Shown one piece after another: positions 36,104 to 49,522 of a stretch of DNA of 64,000 bases. The position numbers and the translations under genes are program-made. Location of the stretch: the NCBI RefSeq assembly GCF_044324785.1, contig NZ_CP172127.1. One strand, given 5' to 3'. A model generated the notes under the pieces. It was not told the DNA's origin. It searched no databases and was given only the letters and a program-made list of their open reading frames with translations. The stretch is from Escherichia coli (GTDB lineage: Bacteria; Pseudomonadota; Gammaproteobacteria; Enterobacterales; Enterobacteriaceae). Numbering within the stretch: position 1 is the first letter of the stretch; each line of letters begins with the position of its first letter.

Positions 36104-37503
36104 ACTTCTCTCTGTAAATCCCGTTCCAGCGGTAACTCTACTGTAATGCTTACCCCGCCAAAAGGCGAATGGGCAGCAATAATGCGGCCATTATGGGCTT
36201 CAACAATGTTCAGGCAAATCGCCAGCCCCAGCCCGGAACCGCCGCTGGCGCGGTTGCGGGAACCTTCGGTGCGATAAAAACGTTCAAACAATTTTTGTAG
36301 CTGATCGTCACTGACGCCCGGCGCGCTGTCAGCAAAGGTCAGGCGCACCGTTTTGTCGTGCTGCTCGGCAGAGATTTTCAGGCTGCCGCCACTGTCAGTG
36401 TAGCGCAGGCTGTTTTCCAGTAAGTTATTGAATAACTGCATTAAACGGTCGCGATCGCCAAATACGGTAATACTGTCTGGCAGGGAAAATTGCAGTTTCA
36501 GGCCACGGCTGGCGAATCGTTCGCGAAATGCGCCGCCCGCCACTTCCAGCAGTGGGATCAAATCTACCGGTGCTTTTTGATAGGCGAGAGCGCCTTCATC
36601 AGACATCGACAACTGATGGAGATCGTCAACCAGTTTGGTCAGTGTACCGACCTCCGCCTGTAAAGACGCCACCGTCTCCGGCGTGAATTTACGCACGCCA
36701 TCCTGAATGGCTTCCAGTTCACCGCGCAGCACCGCTAATGGCGTACGCAGTTCGTGAGAAATATCGGCCATAAAATCGCGCCGCATTTGCTGGTTTTTCT
36801 CCAGCGTGCTGGCAAGCTGGTTGAAGTCTTGCGCCAGTTTGCCCAGTTCATCTTCACTGGTGGGCGTCACGCGGGTTGTGAAATCGCCCGCCGCCAGTTT
36901 GTGCGTGCCGTCCACCAGCCGTTTGACCGGGGCCAACAGACCACGCGCCAGCAGAAAGGTGGCGAGCGCCGCGAGTAACGTTGCCAGGGCGACAATCAGC
37001 CAGCTGGTTTGCCGCTGTTGTTTATCGAAATTGATATCAGTATTGCGGGTCAGTCGCTCAACAGGGGAGGCAATCACCGCACCCACTTCCGCACCGTTGA
37101 CCAGAATGGGTCGCCGTGTACCGTCAGGTGGAATCGGCGCTCGCGGACCAACCAGCACTTTGTTGTTTTGATCAACCACCCAGAACTGAGTACGCCAGCC
37201 GTGTGGTGGCATACCCGGGCCGGGTTTATCTTCCGAATTATCGTGTTCAAATGAGCGCAGGATCTGAAAGACAAAGCGATCATTGTTGCGCAGGAAGCGC
37301 CAGTTGCCATGCTGCGCATACTGCTCGCCAAGCGCATCACTTAACAGTTGTAATCGCTGTTCATTACCATGCTTGATGTAATCAATAAAGCCACGCTCAA
37401 AACTGATACGCACCGCCCAGTGCATACTGATCAGCAAGACAATGCAGGTGGCGAAAATCGCCAGAAACAGTTTACCGGTAATACCGGGTCGCCAGAACTT
37501 CAT
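36100..37503 (-). CDS. baeS: Sensor histidine kinase BaeS (467 aa)
   Basis: Transmembrane segments, HAMP, H-box HELRTPL and ATPase domain. Upstream of baeR. Confidence 0.95.
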   Translation of the reverse strand: MKFWRPGITGKLFLAIFATCIVLLISMHWAVRISFERGFIDYIKHGNEQRLQLLSDALGEQYAQHGNWRFLRNNDRFVFQILRSFEHDNSEDKPGPGMPPHGWRTQFWVVDQNNKVLVGPRAPIPPDGTRRPILVNGAEVGAVIASPVERLTRNTDINFDKQQRQTSWLIVALATLLAALATFLLARGLLAPVKRLVDGTHKLAAGDFTTRVTPTSEDELGKLAQDFNQLASTLEKNQQMRRDFMADISHELRTPLAVLRGELEAIQDGVRKFTPETVASLQAEVGTLTKLVDDLHQLSMSDEGALAYQKAPVDLIPLLEVAGGAFRERFASRGLKLQFSLPDSITVFGDRDRLMQLFNNLLENSLRYTDSGGSLKISAEQHDKTVRLTFADSAPGVSDDQLQKLFERFYRTEGSRNRASGGSGLGLAICLNIVEAHNGRIIAAHSPFGGVSITVELPLERDLQREV

Positions 37504-38915
37504 TGCGCGCTCCTTTTTCGCCGCGAAATAGCTACATTTTGATGCGTATCGTTCGGCACTCTGGCAAAGATGAACGCCGGAAGGGCGATGATCAACGCCA
37601 TGCTAAGCCAGGTGTACATAAAGACGGTTTGTGTGGTGCCGCTGTCGATGCTGACATGCTGCGAACCAAAAAGCCCCAGCAACAGCCCGGCGATGGTGAC
37701 GCCGATACTCATCGACAATTGCATAATCATCGACAGCAGACTGTTGCCGCTGCTCGCCAGATTGTCCGGAAGATCTTTCAGCGTCAGGGTGTTCATGGAG
37801 GAGAAACGGGTCGAGTTGACCATCCCTTGTAAAAACAGGACGAACGGCAAAACGTAGTACCAGCCCAGCAGAGCGGTAGTCATAAACAATAGGGTGACCA
37901 GCGACAGACCCAGCGTGGTCGCCACCAGTACCCGACGATAACCAAAGCGATTCACTACCTGTACCACAATTCGCTTCATCCCCATGCTGCCGAGCACCAT
38001 CGGGATCATCATCAGTCCGGCATGAAACGGTGAGAAGCCAAGGCCAATTTGCAGGAAAACCGGCGTCATAAAGGGCAACATGCCGCTACCGATACGTCCG
38101 GCAAAACTCCCCGCCAGGCCCAGCGAAAAGGTACGAGTGCGGAACAGTTTCAGACTGAAAAGAGCGCGGTTGTTATTTCTGGCGTGCAGCAGATAAAGCA
38201 CCAGTGCTACCACGCCAACAGCGACCAGGCCAGTAATCGCCAGCGGCGATAAACCTGTACCTTTACTGCCATCCAGCGCCAGGGTTAATACCGCCATGCC
38301 AACCGCCAGCAATAAAAAGCCGGAAAGATCAAAGCGCCGCGTCTGCATGGTGTAGTTCGGCATCAACATTAGTGTTGCGATCGCACCGATAATCCCCACC
38401 GGAATGTTGATCAAAAAGATCCAGTGCCACGATGCGTACTCCACCAGCAGACCGCCGAGCGCCGGACCCAGCAGCGGACCGACCTGACCGGGCAGTGTGA
38501 CAAAGGTCATCGCCGCCATATATTGCTCGCGCGGTACGATTTTCATCACCGTCAATCTGCCGACCGGCACCATCATCGCACCGCCAACGCCCTGTAACGC
38601 GCGTGCCAGCAACAGTTCGTTTAGCGTGCCGGAAAGCGCGCAAAACAGTGAACCGAGAGTAAACAGTACGATGGCGGTAAAGAAAATATTGCGCACGCCG
38701 ACTTTGTCCGCCAGCCAGCCGCTGGCGGGCAGCATCACCGCCACGGTCAGCACATAAGAGACAATGACCATGTGCATATGCAACGGACTTTCCCCGAGGC
38801 TTTGCGCCATTGAGGGAAGCGCGGTGTTGACGATGGTGGTGTCCAGCGACTGCATAAAGAAGCCGAAAGCCACAATCCACAATTGCCAGCGGGTGCTGTC
38901 GGGAAGATCTGTCAT
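37500..38915 (-). CDS. mdtD: MFS transporter MdtD (471 aa)
   Basis: Polytopic MFS protein. Position in the mdtABCD-baeSR operon. Confidence 0.95.
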   Translation of the reverse strand: MTDLPDSTRWQLWIVAFGFFMQSLDTTIVNTALPSMAQSLGESPLHMHMVIVSYVLTVAVMLPASGWLADKVGVRNIFFTAIVLFTLGSLFCALSGTLNELLLARALQGVGGAMMVPVGRLTVMKIVPREQYMAAMTFVTLPGQVGPLLGPALGGLLVEYASWHWIFLINIPVGIIGAIATLMLMPNYTMQTRRFDLSGFLLLAVGMAVLTLALDGSKGTGLSPLAITGLVAVGVVALVLYLLHARNNNRALFSLKLFRTRTFSLGLAGSFAGRIGSGMLPFMTPVFLQIGLGFSPFHAGLMMIPMVLGSMGMKRIVVQVVNRFGYRRVLVATTLGLSLVTLLFMTTALLGWYYVLPFVLFLQGMVNSTRFSSMNTLTLKDLPDNLASSGNSLLSMIMQLSMSIGVTIAGLLLGLFGSQHVSIDSGTTQTVFMYTWLSMALIIALPAFIFARVPNDTHQNVAISRRKRSAQ

Positions 38916-41900
38916 TTACTCGGTTACCGTTTGTTTAGGTTTACGCGAAAAACGCAGCCGCAGACGGTCGAAAAAGAGATACACCACCGGCGTGGTATAC
39001 AGCGTCAGAAGCTGGCTCATTACCAGACCGCCGACAATGGTGATCCCCAGGGGTTGGCGCAGCTCCGAACCGTCACCGCCCGACAATACCAGCGGCAGCG
39101 CGCCAAACAGCGCCGCCAGGGTAGTCATCATAATCGGGCGAAAACGCAGCAGACAGGCCTGGAAAATAGCTTCCTGCGGCGTCAGGTTACCGTGCCGTTG
39201 GGCTTCAAGCGCAAAATCGACCATCATAATGGCGTTTTTCTTCACGATGCCGATTAATAGCATGATCCCTATCAGGGCGATTAGGCTGAACGGGGCATTG
39301 AACAGCTCCAGCGCCAACAGCGCTCCAACGCCCGCCGAGGGCAGGGTGGAGAGAATCGTCAGCGGATGTACGTAACTCTCGTAAAGGATACCCAGCACGA
39401 TATACACCGTGGCGATGGCGGCGATAATCAGGATCACCTGCGAGTTCATCGTCTCCTGGAACACCTGCGCTGTTCCGGCAAAACTGCCGCGCACCGTCGA
39501 AGGCACGCCAAGTTGCGTCATTGCGCGATCGATCGCCGCACTGGCGTCCGAGAGCGATTTTCCGGTCGGCAGGTTAAACGAAATGGTCGAGGCTGCCGAT
39601 AACCCCTGATGATTCACCGACAGCGGAGCATTCGCCGGTTGCCATTTAGCGAAATACGACAGCGGGATCGCTTTTCCTTCGTTATTGATAACGAACATTT
39701 TTTCCAGCGCACTGATGTCCTGGGTATAGCGCGGATCCACTTCCATCACCACTTTATACTGGTTCATCGGCTGGTAAATGGTCGAGATTTGTCGCTGACC
39801 GAAGGCGTTATTTAACAGGCTGTTGGCGGCCTGCACGTCGATTCCCAGCCGTGCCATAGTGTCGCGGTCGTAAACCAGATTCATCTCCGCGCCGTTATCC
39901 TGCTGGTCGGAGTTCACGTCCGCCAGTTCCGGCAATGTCGCCAGTTTTTTGCGGATTTTCGGCTCCCATTCGCGCAGTGCCGCCAGGTCGTCGGACAGCA
40001 ACGTGTACTGATAGCTGGCGTTCGACTGACGTCCGCCAACGCGAATATCCTGTACCGCCATCAGGAACAGATTCGCCCCCGGTTCTTTCGCCAGCTTCAC
40101 CCGCAGACGGTCGATAATTTGCTGCGCCGTTTCGCTGCGTTCGCCGCGTGGCTTGAGGGTGATAAACATCATCCCGCTGTTCACCCGCGAACCGCCGGTA
40201 AATCCGGTGACATTATCCACTGCCGGATCGTCACGGATAATTTTCATGAAATCCTGCAACTTACCGCGCATCGCCTGAAACGAAATACTCTGATCCGCCT
40301 GTATCCCGCCCATCAACACGCCGGTGTCCTGCTCCGGGAAGAAGGTTTTCGGGATCGAGATATATAGCCAGATATTCAGCGCAATGGTGCCAAGCAGCAC
40401 CACGCCCACCAGACGGGTATGATTGAGCACCCATTTCAGTGACTTGCCGTAGCTTTGTTGCAGGGCTACCAACATGCGACCAAAACCACGCAGACGCTTT
40501 TGCTCGCGCGGCTTGCTGGCTTTCAGCATCCAGCCGCACATCATCGGCGTTAGCGTCAGGGAAACCAGCAACGAAATCCCAATGGCGACAGAAAGCGTCA
40601 CGGCAAATTCGCGTAACAGGCGGCCCGGCAATCCGCCCATCAACAGTAGCGGCAGGAACACCGCCACCAGTGACAGACTCATTGATAGCACCGTAAAGCC
40701 GACTTCACGGGTGCCTTGCAGCGCGGCCTGTAGCGGTTTCATCCCCGCTTCCAGATGACGGGCAATGTTTTCCAGCACCACGATGGCGTCATCCACCACA
40801 AAGCCAGTGGCGATGGTGAGCGCCATTAACGACAGGTTATTGAGACTGAATCCGCACAGGTACATCGCCGCAAAAGTACCAATCAGCGAAACCGGCACCG
40901 CAACGGCGGGAATAATAGTGGCGCGACCCGAGCGTAGGAATAAAAAGACCACCAGAATCACCAGCGCCACCGAGATAATCAACGTTTGCTCGACTTCCTC
41001 CAGCGAGGCGCGAATGGTGGGGGAGCGATCCTGAGCAATTTGCAGATCAATCGCCGCCGGAATGGTCTCCTGCAACTCCGGTAATTTTGCCCGGATGCTG
41101 TCAACCGTCTGGATAATATTGGCTTCCGGCAGCTTGCGGATCATCAGCAAAATAGCCGGTTTGGCGTTGGTCATCCCGGCGTTGCGCACATCCTGCACTG
41201 AGTCGGTCACCGTCGCCACATCGCCCAGACGAACCGCGCCGCCGTTGTTGTAATGAATAATTAACGGCTGATATTCAGCGGCGGTTTTTAGCTCATCATT
41301 GGTCTGGATCTGCCAGCGGTGAGTGCTATCTTCCAGCGCCCCCTGCGGTTTACGCACGTTGGCATTGCTGATGGCAGTGCGAACATCGTCCAGCGACACG
41401 CCCTGATTAAACAGCGCCTGCGGATTCAGCCCGACGCGCACGGCGGGCAGTGAGCTGCCGCCAACATCGACATCACCGACACCGTCGATTTGCGAAATCG
41501 TCGGAGCCAGCTGCGTCGAGGCGAAATCGTACAGTTCACCCTGCGAATAAGTATCGGATGTCAGCGTGAGGATCATAATTGGCGCATCCGACGGGTTCGC
41601 TTTGCGATAGGTCGGACGGCTGGGCATCCCACTGGGCAGCAAACTTTGTGCAGCGTTGATCGCCGCCTGCACATCACGCGCTGCGCCGTTGATATCCCGG
41701 TCAAAATCAAACTGCAAAATAATGCGCGTGCTGCCGAGCGAACTACTGGAGGTCATTTCACTAACCCCGGCAATGCGCCCAAGTGAGCGTTCCAGCGGTG
41801 TGGCAACGGAAGACGCCATTGTCTCCGGCGATGCACCGGGCAGCGAGGCGCTGACCATAATCACCGGAAAATCGACCTGTGGCAGCGGGGCGACCGGCAG

Positions 41901-41993
41901 CATACGGAAGCCCAGTATGCCGCACAGGGTAATGGCGACCGACAGTAAAATCGTCGCCACCGGGCGGTAAATGAAGAGGGCAAAAAACTTCAC
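38916..41993 (-). CDS. mdtC: RND multidrug efflux pump subunit MdtC (1025 aa)
   Basis: RND architecture. Operon position. Confidence 0.95.
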   Translation of the reverse strand: MKFFALFIYRPVATILLSVAITLCGILGFRMLPVAPLPQVDFPVIMVSASLPGASPETMASSVATPLERSLGRIAGVSEMTSSSSLGSTRIILQFDFDRDINGAARDVQAAINAAQSLLPSGMPSRPTYRKANPSDAPIMILTLTSDTYSQGELYDFASTQLAPTISQIDGVGDVDVGGSSLPAVRVGLNPQALFNQGVSLDDVRTAISNANVRKPQGALEDSTHRWQIQTNDELKTAAEYQPLIIHYNNGGAVRLGDVATVTDSVQDVRNAGMTNAKPAILLMIRKLPEANIIQTVDSIRAKLPELQETIPAAIDLQIAQDRSPTIRASLEEVEQTLIISVALVILVVFLFLRSGRATIIPAVAVPVSLIGTFAAMYLCGFSLNNLSLMALTIATGFVVDDAIVVLENIARHLEAGMKPLQAALQGTREVGFTVLSMSLSLVAVFLPLLLMGGLPGRLLREFAVTLSVAIGISLLVSLTLTPMMCGWMLKASKPREQKRLRGFGRMLVALQQSYGKSLKWVLNHTRLVGVVLLGTIALNIWLYISIPKTFFPEQDTGVLMGGIQADQSISFQAMRGKLQDFMKIIRDDPAVDNVTGFTGGSRVNSGMMFITLKPRGERSETAQQIIDRLRVKLAKEPGANLFLMAVQDIRVGGRQSNASYQYTLLSDDLAALREWEPKIRKKLATLPELADVNSDQQDNGAEMNLVYDRDTMARLGIDVQAANSLLNNAFGQRQISTIYQPMNQYKVVMEVDPRYTQDISALEKMFVINNEGKAIPLSYFAKWQPANAPLSVNHQGLSAASTISFNLPTGKSLSDASAAIDRAMTQLGVPSTVRGSFAGTAQVFQETMNSQVILIIAAIATVYIVLGILYESYVHPLTILSTLPSAGVGALLALELFNAPFSLIALIGIMLLIGIVKKNAIMMVDFALEAQRHGNLTPQEAIFQACLLRFRPIMMTTLAALFGALPLVLSGGDGSELRQPLGITIVGGLVMSQLLTLYTTPVVYLFFDRLRLRFSRKPKQTVTE

Positions 41994-44900
41994 TTACGCC
42001 TCCTCTTCATGACGAGCAAAGCGGCTTTTGGTCCACAATGCCAGACGGTCGAATAGCAGATAAATCACCGGCGTGGTAAACAGCGTCAGCACCTGGCTGA
42101 CAATCAGACCGCCGACCATGCCGATCCCTAACGGACGACGCAGTTCCGCGCCGACCCCGGTACTCAACATCAGCGGCAGCGCGCCAAGCAGAGCCGCCAG
42201 GGTGGTCATCAGGATCGGACGAAAACGCAACAGACAAGCCTGGTAGATTGCATCGCGTGGCGACATGCCTTGCTCGCGCTCAGCAGCCAGCGCGAAGTCG
42301 ATCATCATGATGGCGTTCTTCTTCACGATACCGATCAGCAAAATAATGCCGATAATCGCAATCACATCCAGCTCGCTACCGGCAATCAGTAGCGCCAGCA
42401 GTGCGCCGACCCCTGCGGTGGGTAGCGTCGAGAGAATGGTGATCGGGTGAATAAAGCTCTCGTACAGAATGCCGAGCACGATATACATCGCCACCACCGC
42501 CGCGACAATCAGCCAGACAGTGCTGCCAAGCGCCGACTGGAAGGCGAGGGTGCTGCCCTGGAACTGCGTGGTGATATCCACTGGCAGATTCAGCGTCTTC
42601 TCGGTGTCCATAATCGCCTGCACCGCATCGCCCAGCGAATAGTTATCCGGCACGTTAAAGGAGATGGTCGTTACCGGGAACTGATCCAGATGGTTGATGG
42701 AAAGCGGCGCAAAACGCTGCTCAATTTTGGCAATTGAGCTTAACGGCACCACGCCACCGTCGCTGCTGGTCAGGCGAATGGTATCCAGCGCCGCGAGGCC
42801 TGGGGTATTTTCGGTGTTGTGTTCCAGCACTACGCGATACTGGTTAGCCTGAGTATAAATAGTGGAAATCAGCCGCTGACCAAACGCGTTGTACAGGGCG
42901 TTATCGACATCCGCCATGCTGATCCCCAGACGGCTGGCGCTGTCGCGATCAACGTTGACATACGCCACCAGCCCTTGGTCCTGCCAGTCGCTGGAGACAT
43001 CAGAAAGCTGTGGCAGTTGCTGGAGTTTTTCCATCAACTGTGGCACCCAGGTACTGAGCGCATCCAGTGACGTGGCCTGTAAGGTAAACTGGTACTGGGT
43101 GCGGCTGACCTGAGTATCAATAGTCAGGTCCTGCGTTGGTTGCAGGAAGAGATCGACGCCCGGCACTTTATCTACTGCCGTTTGCAAACGAGCGATGACT
43201 TTTTGCACCCGATCATCACGTTCATCCAACGGTTTGAGGTTGATCTGTAAACGCGCACTGTTCAGCGACGGGTTAGTGCCATCAACGCCAACAAATGAGG
43301 TCAGGCTTTGCACTGCCGGATCCTGCAAAATCACATCCGCGACCTGGCGTTGCCGCTGGGCCATATTGGCAAAGGAGCTGGATTGCGGTGCCTGCAAAGT
43401 GCCCTGAATAATGCCGTTGTCCTGTACCGGGAAGAAACCTTTCGGAATGAACACCCACAACAGCACGCTAAGCAGCAGCGTGCTGAGCGCCACGCTTAAG
43501 GTCAGCCACGGATGATTCAGCACTTTCGCCAGTCCCTGACCATAGGCGGCGATTATCCTGTCGAACATTTTTTCCGAGGCACGGGAGAAGCGGTTCTGTT
43601 TACGCAGCGACTCCTGGCTGAGCATCCGCGCACACATCATCGGTGTCAGGGTCAGCGACACCACGGCTGAGATCAAAATCGCGACTGCCAGAGTAATAGC
43701 AAATTCGCGGAACAGTCGCCCGACGATATCGCCCATAAATAGCAGTGGGATCAACACTGCAATCAGTGAGAAGGTCAGCGAGATAATGGTAAAGCCGATT
43801 TCACCCGCGCCCTTGAGCGCCGCCGCCAGCGGTTTTTCGCCTTTTTCGATATAGCGGGAAATGTTTTCGATTACCACGATGGCGTCATCGACCACGAATC
43901 CGGTGGCGATAGTTAACGCCATCAGCGTCAGGTTATTGATTGAAAAATCGAGAAACACCATAACCGCAAAGGTGCCAATTAACGACAGCGGCACTGCGAC
44001 GCCAGGAATGATGGTCGCCGGAATATTGCGCAAAAACAGGTAGATAATCATGACTACCAGCGCGATAGCCATCATCAGTTCAAACTGGGTATCGTCGACC
44101 GATGCGCGGATGTTGGTGGTGCGGTCAGAAAGCACCGTCACTTTTACCGATTTCGGCAAACTCTCGGTGAGTTGTGGCAGCATCTGCCGGATGCTGTCGG
44201 CGGTGGAGATAATGTTAGCACCGGGCTGGCGCTGAACATTCATCACAATGGCCTGTTCTTTGTTCGCCCACGCGCCGAGCCAGCTGTTTTCTGCTCCTTG
44301 CTCTACGGTTGCGACATCGCCCAGACGAATCGGCGCGCCGTTCTGGTAGGCGATGATCAGCTGGCGATACTCTTCGGCGGATTGCATCTGGTCGTTCGCG
44401 GAAAGTGTGACCGCACGAGAAGGGCCGTCGAGGCTACCTTTTGCCGAGTTAACGTTAGCGCCGGTAATAGCGGTGCGCACGGTTTCGCTGGTCAGGCCGA
44501 GGGCGGCAATCGCCTGGGCGTTAAGTTTGACGCGAACAGCCGGACGCTGGCCGCCGGAAAGCGTCACCAGGCCGACGCCGGAAATCTGCGAGATTTTCTG
44601 CGCGACGCGGGTTTCCACCATATCTTCCACTTGCGTCATTGGCATGGCGGTTGAGGTGACGGCGAGCGTCATGATTGGTGGATCTGCCGGGTTCACTTTG
44701 CTGTAAACCGGCGGGTTAGGCAGATCGCCCGGCAACAAGTTGGTCGCAGCGTTAATCGCGGCCTGCACCTCCTGCTCGGCGACATCGAGCGGTAATGTTA
44801 GCTGGAACTGCAAAGTGATAACTGACGCACCGCCGGAACTTTGCGACGACATCTGTTTCAGGCCGGACATCTGCCCGAACTGGCGTTCGAGCGGCGCGGT

Positions 44901-45116
44901 AACGGCAGAGGTCATGACATCCGGGCTCGCACCTGGGTAGAGCGTGACCACCTGAATGGTCGGATAGTCCACTTCCGGCAGCGCCGAAACGGGCAGGGCG
45001 CGATAACCGATAATCCCGGCGAGTAAGATCGCCACCATCAGCAGCGTGGTGGCGACAGGACGCATAATAAACAGGCGCGACGGGCCGCCTGTGCTGCTAG
45101 GAGGTAACACCTGCAT
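41994..45116 (-). CDS. mdtB: RND multidrug efflux pump subunit MdtB (1040 aa)
   Basis: RND architecture. Operon position. Confidence 0.95.
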   Translation of the reverse strand: MQVLPPSSTGGPSRLFIMRPVATTLLMVAILLAGIIGYRALPVSALPEVDYPTIQVVTLYPGASPDVMTSAVTAPLERQFGQMSGLKQMSSQSSGGASVITLQFQLTLPLDVAEQEVQAAINAATNLLPGDLPNPPVYSKVNPADPPIMTLAVTSTAMPMTQVEDMVETRVAQKISQISGVGLVTLSGGQRPAVRVKLNAQAIAALGLTSETVRTAITGANVNSAKGSLDGPSRAVTLSANDQMQSAEEYRQLIIAYQNGAPIRLGDVATVEQGAENSWLGAWANKEQAIVMNVQRQPGANIISTADSIRQMLPQLTESLPKSVKVTVLSDRTTNIRASVDDTQFELMMAIALVVMIIYLFLRNIPATIIPGVAVPLSLIGTFAVMVFLDFSINNLTLMALTIATGFVVDDAIVVIENISRYIEKGEKPLAAALKGAGEIGFTIISLTFSLIAVLIPLLFMGDIVGRLFREFAITLAVAILISAVVSLTLTPMMCARMLSQESLRKQNRFSRASEKMFDRIIAAYGQGLAKVLNHPWLTLSVALSTLLLSVLLWVFIPKGFFPVQDNGIIQGTLQAPQSSSFANMAQRQRQVADVILQDPAVQSLTSFVGVDGTNPSLNSARLQINLKPLDERDDRVQKVIARLQTAVDKVPGVDLFLQPTQDLTIDTQVSRTQYQFTLQATSLDALSTWVPQLMEKLQQLPQLSDVSSDWQDQGLVAYVNVDRDSASRLGISMADVDNALYNAFGQRLISTIYTQANQYRVVLEHNTENTPGLAALDTIRLTSSDGGVVPLSSIAKIEQRFAPLSINHLDQFPVTTISFNVPDNYSLGDAVQAIMDTEKTLNLPVDITTQFQGSTLAFQSALGSTVWLIVAAVVAMYIVLGILYESFIHPITILSTLPTAGVGALLALLIAGSELDVIAIIGIILLIGIVKKNAIMMIDFALAAEREQGMSPRDAIYQACLLRFRPILMTTLAALLGALPLMLSTGVGAELRRPLGIGMVGGLIVSQVLTLFTTPVIYLLFDRLALWTKSRFARHEEEA

Positions 45117-46363
45117 CAGGAGCGTGCTCCTTTTTTCGCGTATTCGCGGCTGGTGGCTTTCTCTTCCGGAGTGGTGGCGCTCTGGGCTTCCACCACTTCC
45201 ACTTTCGCCCCTTCGGTCAGGCGATCAATGCCGTCTGTCACCACGCGGTCGCCCGCAGAAATACCTGCGCGGATCACCACTTTCTGACTGTCCTGAATGC
45301 CCGGCGTCACCAGATGTTTGCTGACCTTGTTTTCGCTATTCAGCACCCAGACAAAATGGCCTTCATTGCCCATTTGCAGGGCGGCGGTGGGGATCACCAC
45401 GGCGTTTTGTTCGGTGTCGACTAACATACGCGCGTTAACAAACTGATTGGGAAACAGCGCATCCTCCTGATTATTAAAGCGTGCTTTCACTTTAATCGTA
45501 CCGGTAGTGGCATCGATTTGGTTATCGAGACTTAACAGCGTGCCTTCACTTAATTTCTTCGAGTTGGTGCGATCCCAGGCTTCAACAACCAGCGGTTTTC
45601 CGGCTTTTTGCGCCTGTACTACGGTAGTGATATCGCTTTCCGGCAGGGTAAAGAGCAAATCGATAGGATGCGTCTGGGTGATCACCACAATCCCGGTGGT
45701 ATCACCACTGGAGATTTGGTTACCAACATCAACCTGCTTGAGACCAACGCGACCATCGACTGGTGCGGTGATGCGGCTCCAGTCGAGTTGCAGCTGCGCG
45801 CTGGCGACGCTTGCTTCATCAGCCTTAATGGTGCCTTCTGTTTCACTGACCAGCGCTTGTTGGGCATCCAGTTCCTGACGAGATACGAGATTGGTTTTTA
45901 CCAGTTGTTGATAACGCGCCAGGTCACGGCGGGCGTTGGCAAGCGTGGCTTTATCTTTTGCCAGTTGGCCCTGGGCTTGTGCTAATGCAACTTTGAACTG
46001 GCTGGGGTCAATTTCTGCCAATAAATCGCCTGCTTTGACCTGCTGGCCTTCCTGGAAATGTAACGCCATCAGTTGACCGTCCACGCGGCTGCGCACCGTA
46101 ACGGTATTAGCGGCGGTAATGGTGCCAAGCCCGGTGAGATAACGTGGCACAGCTTGTTCTACGGCAGTCGCCGCCTGAACCGGGGCTAATGGGCCGGCAC
46201 GCATACCACGGCGACCACCCGCTGGCGATTGCTGCGCTTGTTTGGTCGCCCCTGGGGCTGCACTCTGGGAGTCATTGCGGCCTTGCCAGAACCAGAATGC
46301 GGCGATGGCGGCGATAACCACCACGATTACGATTACCCAACGGGATTTATAACTGCCTTTCAT
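45116..46363 (-). CDS. mdtA: RND efflux membrane fusion protein MdtA (415 aa)
   Basis: ORF track start at 46510 trimmed to [15 protein letters not shown] (signal/anchor). Confidence 0.9.
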   Translation of the reverse strand: MKGSYKSRWVIVIVVVIAAIAAFWFWQGRNDSQSAAPGATKQAQQSPAGGRRGMRAGPLAPVQAATAVEQAVPRYLTGLGTITAANTVTVRSRVDGQLMALHFQEGQQVKAGDLLAEIDPSQFKVALAQAQGQLAKDKATLANARRDLARYQQLVKTNLVSRQELDAQQALVSETEGTIKADEASVASAQLQLDWSRITAPVDGRVGLKQVDVGNQISSGDTTGIVVITQTHPIDLLFTLPESDITTVVQAQKAGKPLVVEAWDRTNSKKLSEGTLLSLDNQIDATTGTIKVKARFNNQEDALFPNQFVNARMLVDTEQNAVVIPTAALQMGNEGHFVWVLNSENKVSKHLVTPGIQDSQKVVIRAGISAGDRVVTDGIDRLTEGAKVEVVEAQSATTPEEKATSREYAKKGARS

Positions 46364-46587
46364 CGTTAAGAGTTTCTCTTCCTGAAACGTTTCGCGGAAT
46401 GATACTAGTGTAGCCAGCCAATAAGGGAGAAAAATGGAGGAATTATGAAACACTGTCGGGAATCGTCTGAATGACGGGCACATTTGCGAGCACGCATCCA
46501 GTAATAACACATGAAACTATTTTATCTACGCGTTAGCGATAGACTGCTTGCATGGCGAAAGGAGGTAAGCCGACGATTTCAGCGGGA

Positions 46588-46735
46588 CGCTGAAACGGGA
46601 AAGCCCCTCCCGAGGAAGGGGCCATAAATAAGGAAAGGGTCATGATGAAGCTACTCATCATCGTGGTGCTCTTAGTGATTAGCTACCCAGCATACTAAGA
46701 CTACCAGGGCGGGGGAAACCCCGCTCTACCCTCAC
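46588..46735 (-). ncRNA. sibB: Sib antisense sRNA, antitoxin to the first ibs (boundaries approximate)
   Basis: In the Ibs/Sib family the antitoxin RNA is encoded antisense and spans the whole toxin ORF. Minus-strand hairpin GGCCCCTTCC-TCG-GGAGGGGC at about 46596..46619 is a plausible 3' terminator. Ends not determined. Confidence 0.4.
46642..46698 (+). CDS. ibsB: Ibs-family type I toxin peptide (18 aa, MMKLLIIVVLLVISYPAY)
   Basis: Short hydrophobic ORF with AAGGAAAGGG Shine-Dalgarno. Copy adjacent to mdtA. Symbol assigned by synteny and similarity to K-12 IbsB as recalled. Confidence 0.7.
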   Translation: MMKLLIIVVLLVISYPAY

Positions 46736-46914
46736 TCCTGAAAGTATGCCTTCACGATAAGATTGTCAATCTGCAGGCTTTGCAGTCTGCGATCCTGCCA
46801 GCAAATATTCTTTGCGAGACGTTACGCAATAATCACATGTGAAACTATTTTATCCGCAAGTCAGCGATAGACTGCATTCAGGGCGAAAGGAGGTAAGCCG
46901 ATGATTTCAGCGGG

Positions 46915-47062
46915 ACGCTGAAACGGGAAAGCCCCTCCCGAGGAAGGGGCCTTAAATAAGGAAAGGGTCATGATGAAGTGGATCATCATCGTGGTGCTCT
47001 TAGTCATAAGCTTCCCGGCTTACTAAGACTACCAGGGCGGGGGAACCCCCGCTCTACCCTCA
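46915..47062 (-). ncRNA. Sib antisense sRNA for the middle ibs copy (boundaries approximate)
   Basis: Same architecture as the first unit, shifted by one repeat period. Confidence 0.4.
46969..47025 (+). CDS. Ibs-family type I toxin peptide (18 aa, MMKWIIIVVLLVISFPAY), middle copy
   Basis: Second repeat unit. Same architecture as the other two copies. Confidence 0.7.
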
Positions 47063-47244
47063 CTCCTGAAAGTATGCCTTCACGATAAGATTGTCAATCT
47101 GCAGGCTTTGCAGTCTGCGATCCTGCCAGCAAATATTCTTTGCGAGTCGTTACGCAATAATCACAGAGGAAACTATTTTGTTCACGCGTTAGCGATAGAC
47201 TGCATTCAGGGCGAAAGGAGGTAAGCCGACGATTTCAGCGGGAC

Positions 47245-47392
47245 GCTGAAACGGGAAACCCTCTCCCGGAGAAGAGGGCTTTTAATAAGGAAAGGGTTAT
47301 GATGAAGCACGTCATCATACTGGTGATACTCTTAGTGATTAGCTTCCAGGCTTACTAAGAACACCAGGGGGAGGGGGAAACCTCTCCCTAAC
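47245..47392 (-). ncRNA. sibA: Sib antisense sRNA for the third ibs copy (boundaries approximate)
   Basis: Same architecture as the first unit, shifted by two repeat periods. Confidence 0.4.
47299..47358 (+). CDS. ibsA: Ibs-family type I toxin peptide (19 aa, MMKHVIILVILLVISFQAY)
   Basis: Third repeat unit adjacent to yegL. IbsA-like. Confidence 0.7.
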   Translation: MMKHVIILVILLVISFQAY

Positions 47393-47578
47393 CCTCACTC
47401 CTGAAATTATGTCACTCCGCCCTTAGTGTCAATCGACGGCTCTCCGTTCTTGCGAGGCGAATAGCAAAATTTTCTGCGCCGCCGGGCCTAATTCTGAAAG
47501 TTTCTTCGTTTGCTCTTATTTCATTGTTGCGGTCGGTATGATACCGGGCCTCAATAATTCTCTAAGAAAGGATTTCTT

Positions 47579-48238
47579 ATGAGCGAACAAATCACGTTTG
47601 CCACCAGCGATTTTGCCAGTAACCCGGAACCACGTTGCCCCTGCATTTTGCTGTTGGATGTTTCTGGTTCGATGAGTGGTAGACCTATTAATGAACTTAA
47701 CGCCGGATTGGTTACCTTTCGCGATGAACTGCTTGCCGACCCGCTGGCCTTAAAAAGAGTGGAACTCGGCATTGTGACGTTCGGCCCGGTGCATGTGGAA
47801 CAACCCTTTACCAGCGCCGCTAATTTTTTCCCGCCCATCCTGTTTGCCCAAGGCGATACACCAATAGGCGCTGCCATTACCAAAGCCCTGGATATGGTAG
47901 AGGAGCGCAAACGTGAGTATCGTGCAAATGGTATTTCGTATTATCGCCCGTGGATTTTCCTGATCACCGATGGCGCTCCAACCGATGAGTGGCAGGCTGC
48001 CGCCAACAAAGTGTTTCAGGGGGAAGAAGATAAGAAGTTTGCCTTCTTTTCCATCGGTGTTCAGGGGGCGGATATGAAGACTTTGGCACAAATCAGCGTT
48101 CGTCAGCCTTTTCCACTGCAGGGATTACAATTCCGTGAACTGTTTAGCTGGTTATCCAGTTCACTGCGTTCGGTTTCCCGCTCCACGCCGGGAACGGAAG
48201 TTGTGCTGGAAGCGCCAAAAGGCTGGACGTCAGTGTGA
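47579..48238 (+). CDS. yegL: von Willebrand factor A domain protein YegL (219 aa)
   Basis: MIDAS motif [11 protein letters not shown] near the N-terminus. Confidence 0.9.
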   Translation: MSEQITFATSDFASNPEPRCPCILLLDVSGSMSGRPINELNAGLVTFRDELLADPLALKRVELGIVTFGPVHVEQPFTSAANFFPPILFAQGDTPIGAAITKALDMVEERKREYRANGISYYRPWIFLITDGAPTDEWQAAANKVFQGEEDKKFAFFSIGVQGADMKTLAQISVRQPFPLQGLQFRELFSWLSSSLRSVSRSTPGTEVVLEAPKGWTSV

Positions 48239-48996
48239 GCTGGCGTCTGGTCTATGCATCAACCGTTGGAACGTCGCACATCAGCGCGGACTTGCCTTGC
48301 CAGGATGCCTGCCAGATGCAGGTTGCCTGGTTAAATGACCAGCAGCCATTATTGTCGGTATTTGTCGCTGATGGCGCAGGCAGTGTCTCGCAGGGTGGCG
48401 AAGGCGCGATGCTCGCCGTCAATGAAGCGATGGCTTATATGTCGCAAAAAGTGCAGGGCGGGGAATTGGGGCTTAATGATGTCCTCGCCACGGATATTGT
48501 GCTGACCGTTCGTCAGCGACTTTTTGCCGAGGCGGAAGCCAAAGAATTAGCTGTTCGCGATTTTGCCTGCACGTTTCTGGGACTGATTTCATCGCCTAAC
48601 GGCACCCTGATTATGCAGATTGGCGATGGCGGCGTGGTGGTAGATTTGGGGCACGGTCTGCAACTGCCGCTCACGCCGATGGTGGGTGAATATGTCAACA
48701 TGACGCACTTCATTACCGATGAAGATGCGGTTTCCAGACTGGAAACTTTCACCAGCACTGAGCGTGCGCACAAAGTTGCAGCATTTACGGATGGTATCCA
48801 GCGGCTGGCGTTAAATATGCTGGATAATTCTCCCCATGTGCCTTTCTTTACCCCGTTTTTCAATGGGCTGGCGTCAGCAACGCAGGAACAACTCGATTTA
48901 TTACCTGAATTGTTAAAGCAGTTTTTGTCCAGCCCGGCGGTAAACGAGCGTACCGATGATGATAAAACGTTGGCACTGGCGCTGTGGACAGAATGA
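48235..48996 (+). CDS. yegK: PP2C-type Ser/Thr phosphatase YegK/PphC (253 aa)
   Basis: Overlaps the yegL stop. PP2C-like aspartate-rich motifs (FVADGAGS). Confidence 0.85.
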   Translation: MSWRLVYASTVGTSHISADLPCQDACQMQVAWLNDQQPLLSVFVADGAGSVSQGGEGAMLAVNEAMAYMSQKVQGGELGLNDVLATDIVLTVRQRLFAEAEAKELAVRDFACTFLGLISSPNGTLIMQIGDGGVVVDLGHGLQLPLTPMVGEYVNMTHFITDEDAVSRLETFTSTERAHKVAAFTDGIQRLALNMLDNSPHVPFFTPFFNGLASATQEQLDLLPELLKQFLSSPAVNERTDDDKTLALALWTE

Positions 48997-49060
48997 ACAT
49001 CGCATGGCGGTTGAAGACAACAGTTCAACCGCCAGTTTAAGCAATCAATATAATGGCTGG

Positions 49061-49522
49061 TTAGCGAACTAATTTTGCTCTTAGCTCGTCGGCTTCTTCT
49101 TTTGGATAGGTGACCAATAAAGGATCAATGGTATAACCGCCGTAAATTTTATCCCCGCGTGTATACATCCAGTCTGAAATATCTTCTTTCTTGATTTTCC
49201 ACTCCTGACCATATTCTACGTTTGTAACAATACCAGGGTCATTGCTTATTACGCCAATAAACATGCCGTTAGAATAAGTGACATCCGTGAGCCAGAAATG
49301 CTCGGTTCTTCCGTGATCGGTTATCGGGGCTTTGACTGCGAAAGTATCGGCATCTTTTTTATTCATAACCTCGATGAATTTATCAGTTTCTTTCCGCGCA
49401 TGTTGAATGGCGTCAGACATCGCTTGTTTATCATAACCTCCCGTCACTAACGTATCCGAAACTTCACTAAAGCCCGCGGTAGTAAAAAATAGCAGACTCA
49501 ACATAAGTAATATCTTTTTCAT
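49061..49522 (-). CDS. yegJ: Secreted DUF2314-family protein YegJ (153 aa)
   Basis: Signal peptide MKKILLMLSLLFFTTAGFS. Position. Confidence 0.85.
   Translation of the reverse strand: MKKILLMLSLLFFTTAGFSEVSDTLVTGGYDKQAMSDAIQHARKETDKFIEVMNKKDADTFAVKAPITDHGRTEHFWLTDVTYSNGMFIGVISNDPGIVTNVEYGQEWKIKKEDISDWMYTRGDKIYGGYTIDPLLVTYPKEEADELRAKLVR

Larger units (their letters stand above)
46510..47490. repeat. Three tandem ~327-bp ibs/sib type I toxin-antitoxin units
   Basis: Unit starts ...GAAACTATTTT...AGCGATAGACTGC...GGCGAAAGGAGGTAAGCCGA... recur at about 46510, 46837 and 47163. Each contains a short hydrophobic ORF. Confidence 0.85.

Noticed and set aside
42007-44940. Numerous 60-160-aa ORFs on the plus strand across mdtB/mdtC, and similar ones within baeS, mdtD and dgcE
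   Set aside because: All overlap large conserved genes on the opposite strand and lack Shine-Dalgarno sequences. Judged to be frame artefacts.
46510-47490. CRISPR array suggested by three regularly spaced repeats
   Set aside because: Repeat unit is about 327 bp with no short spacer/repeat alternation and each unit contains an Ibs peptide ORF. These are ibs/sib units. No cas genes nearby.
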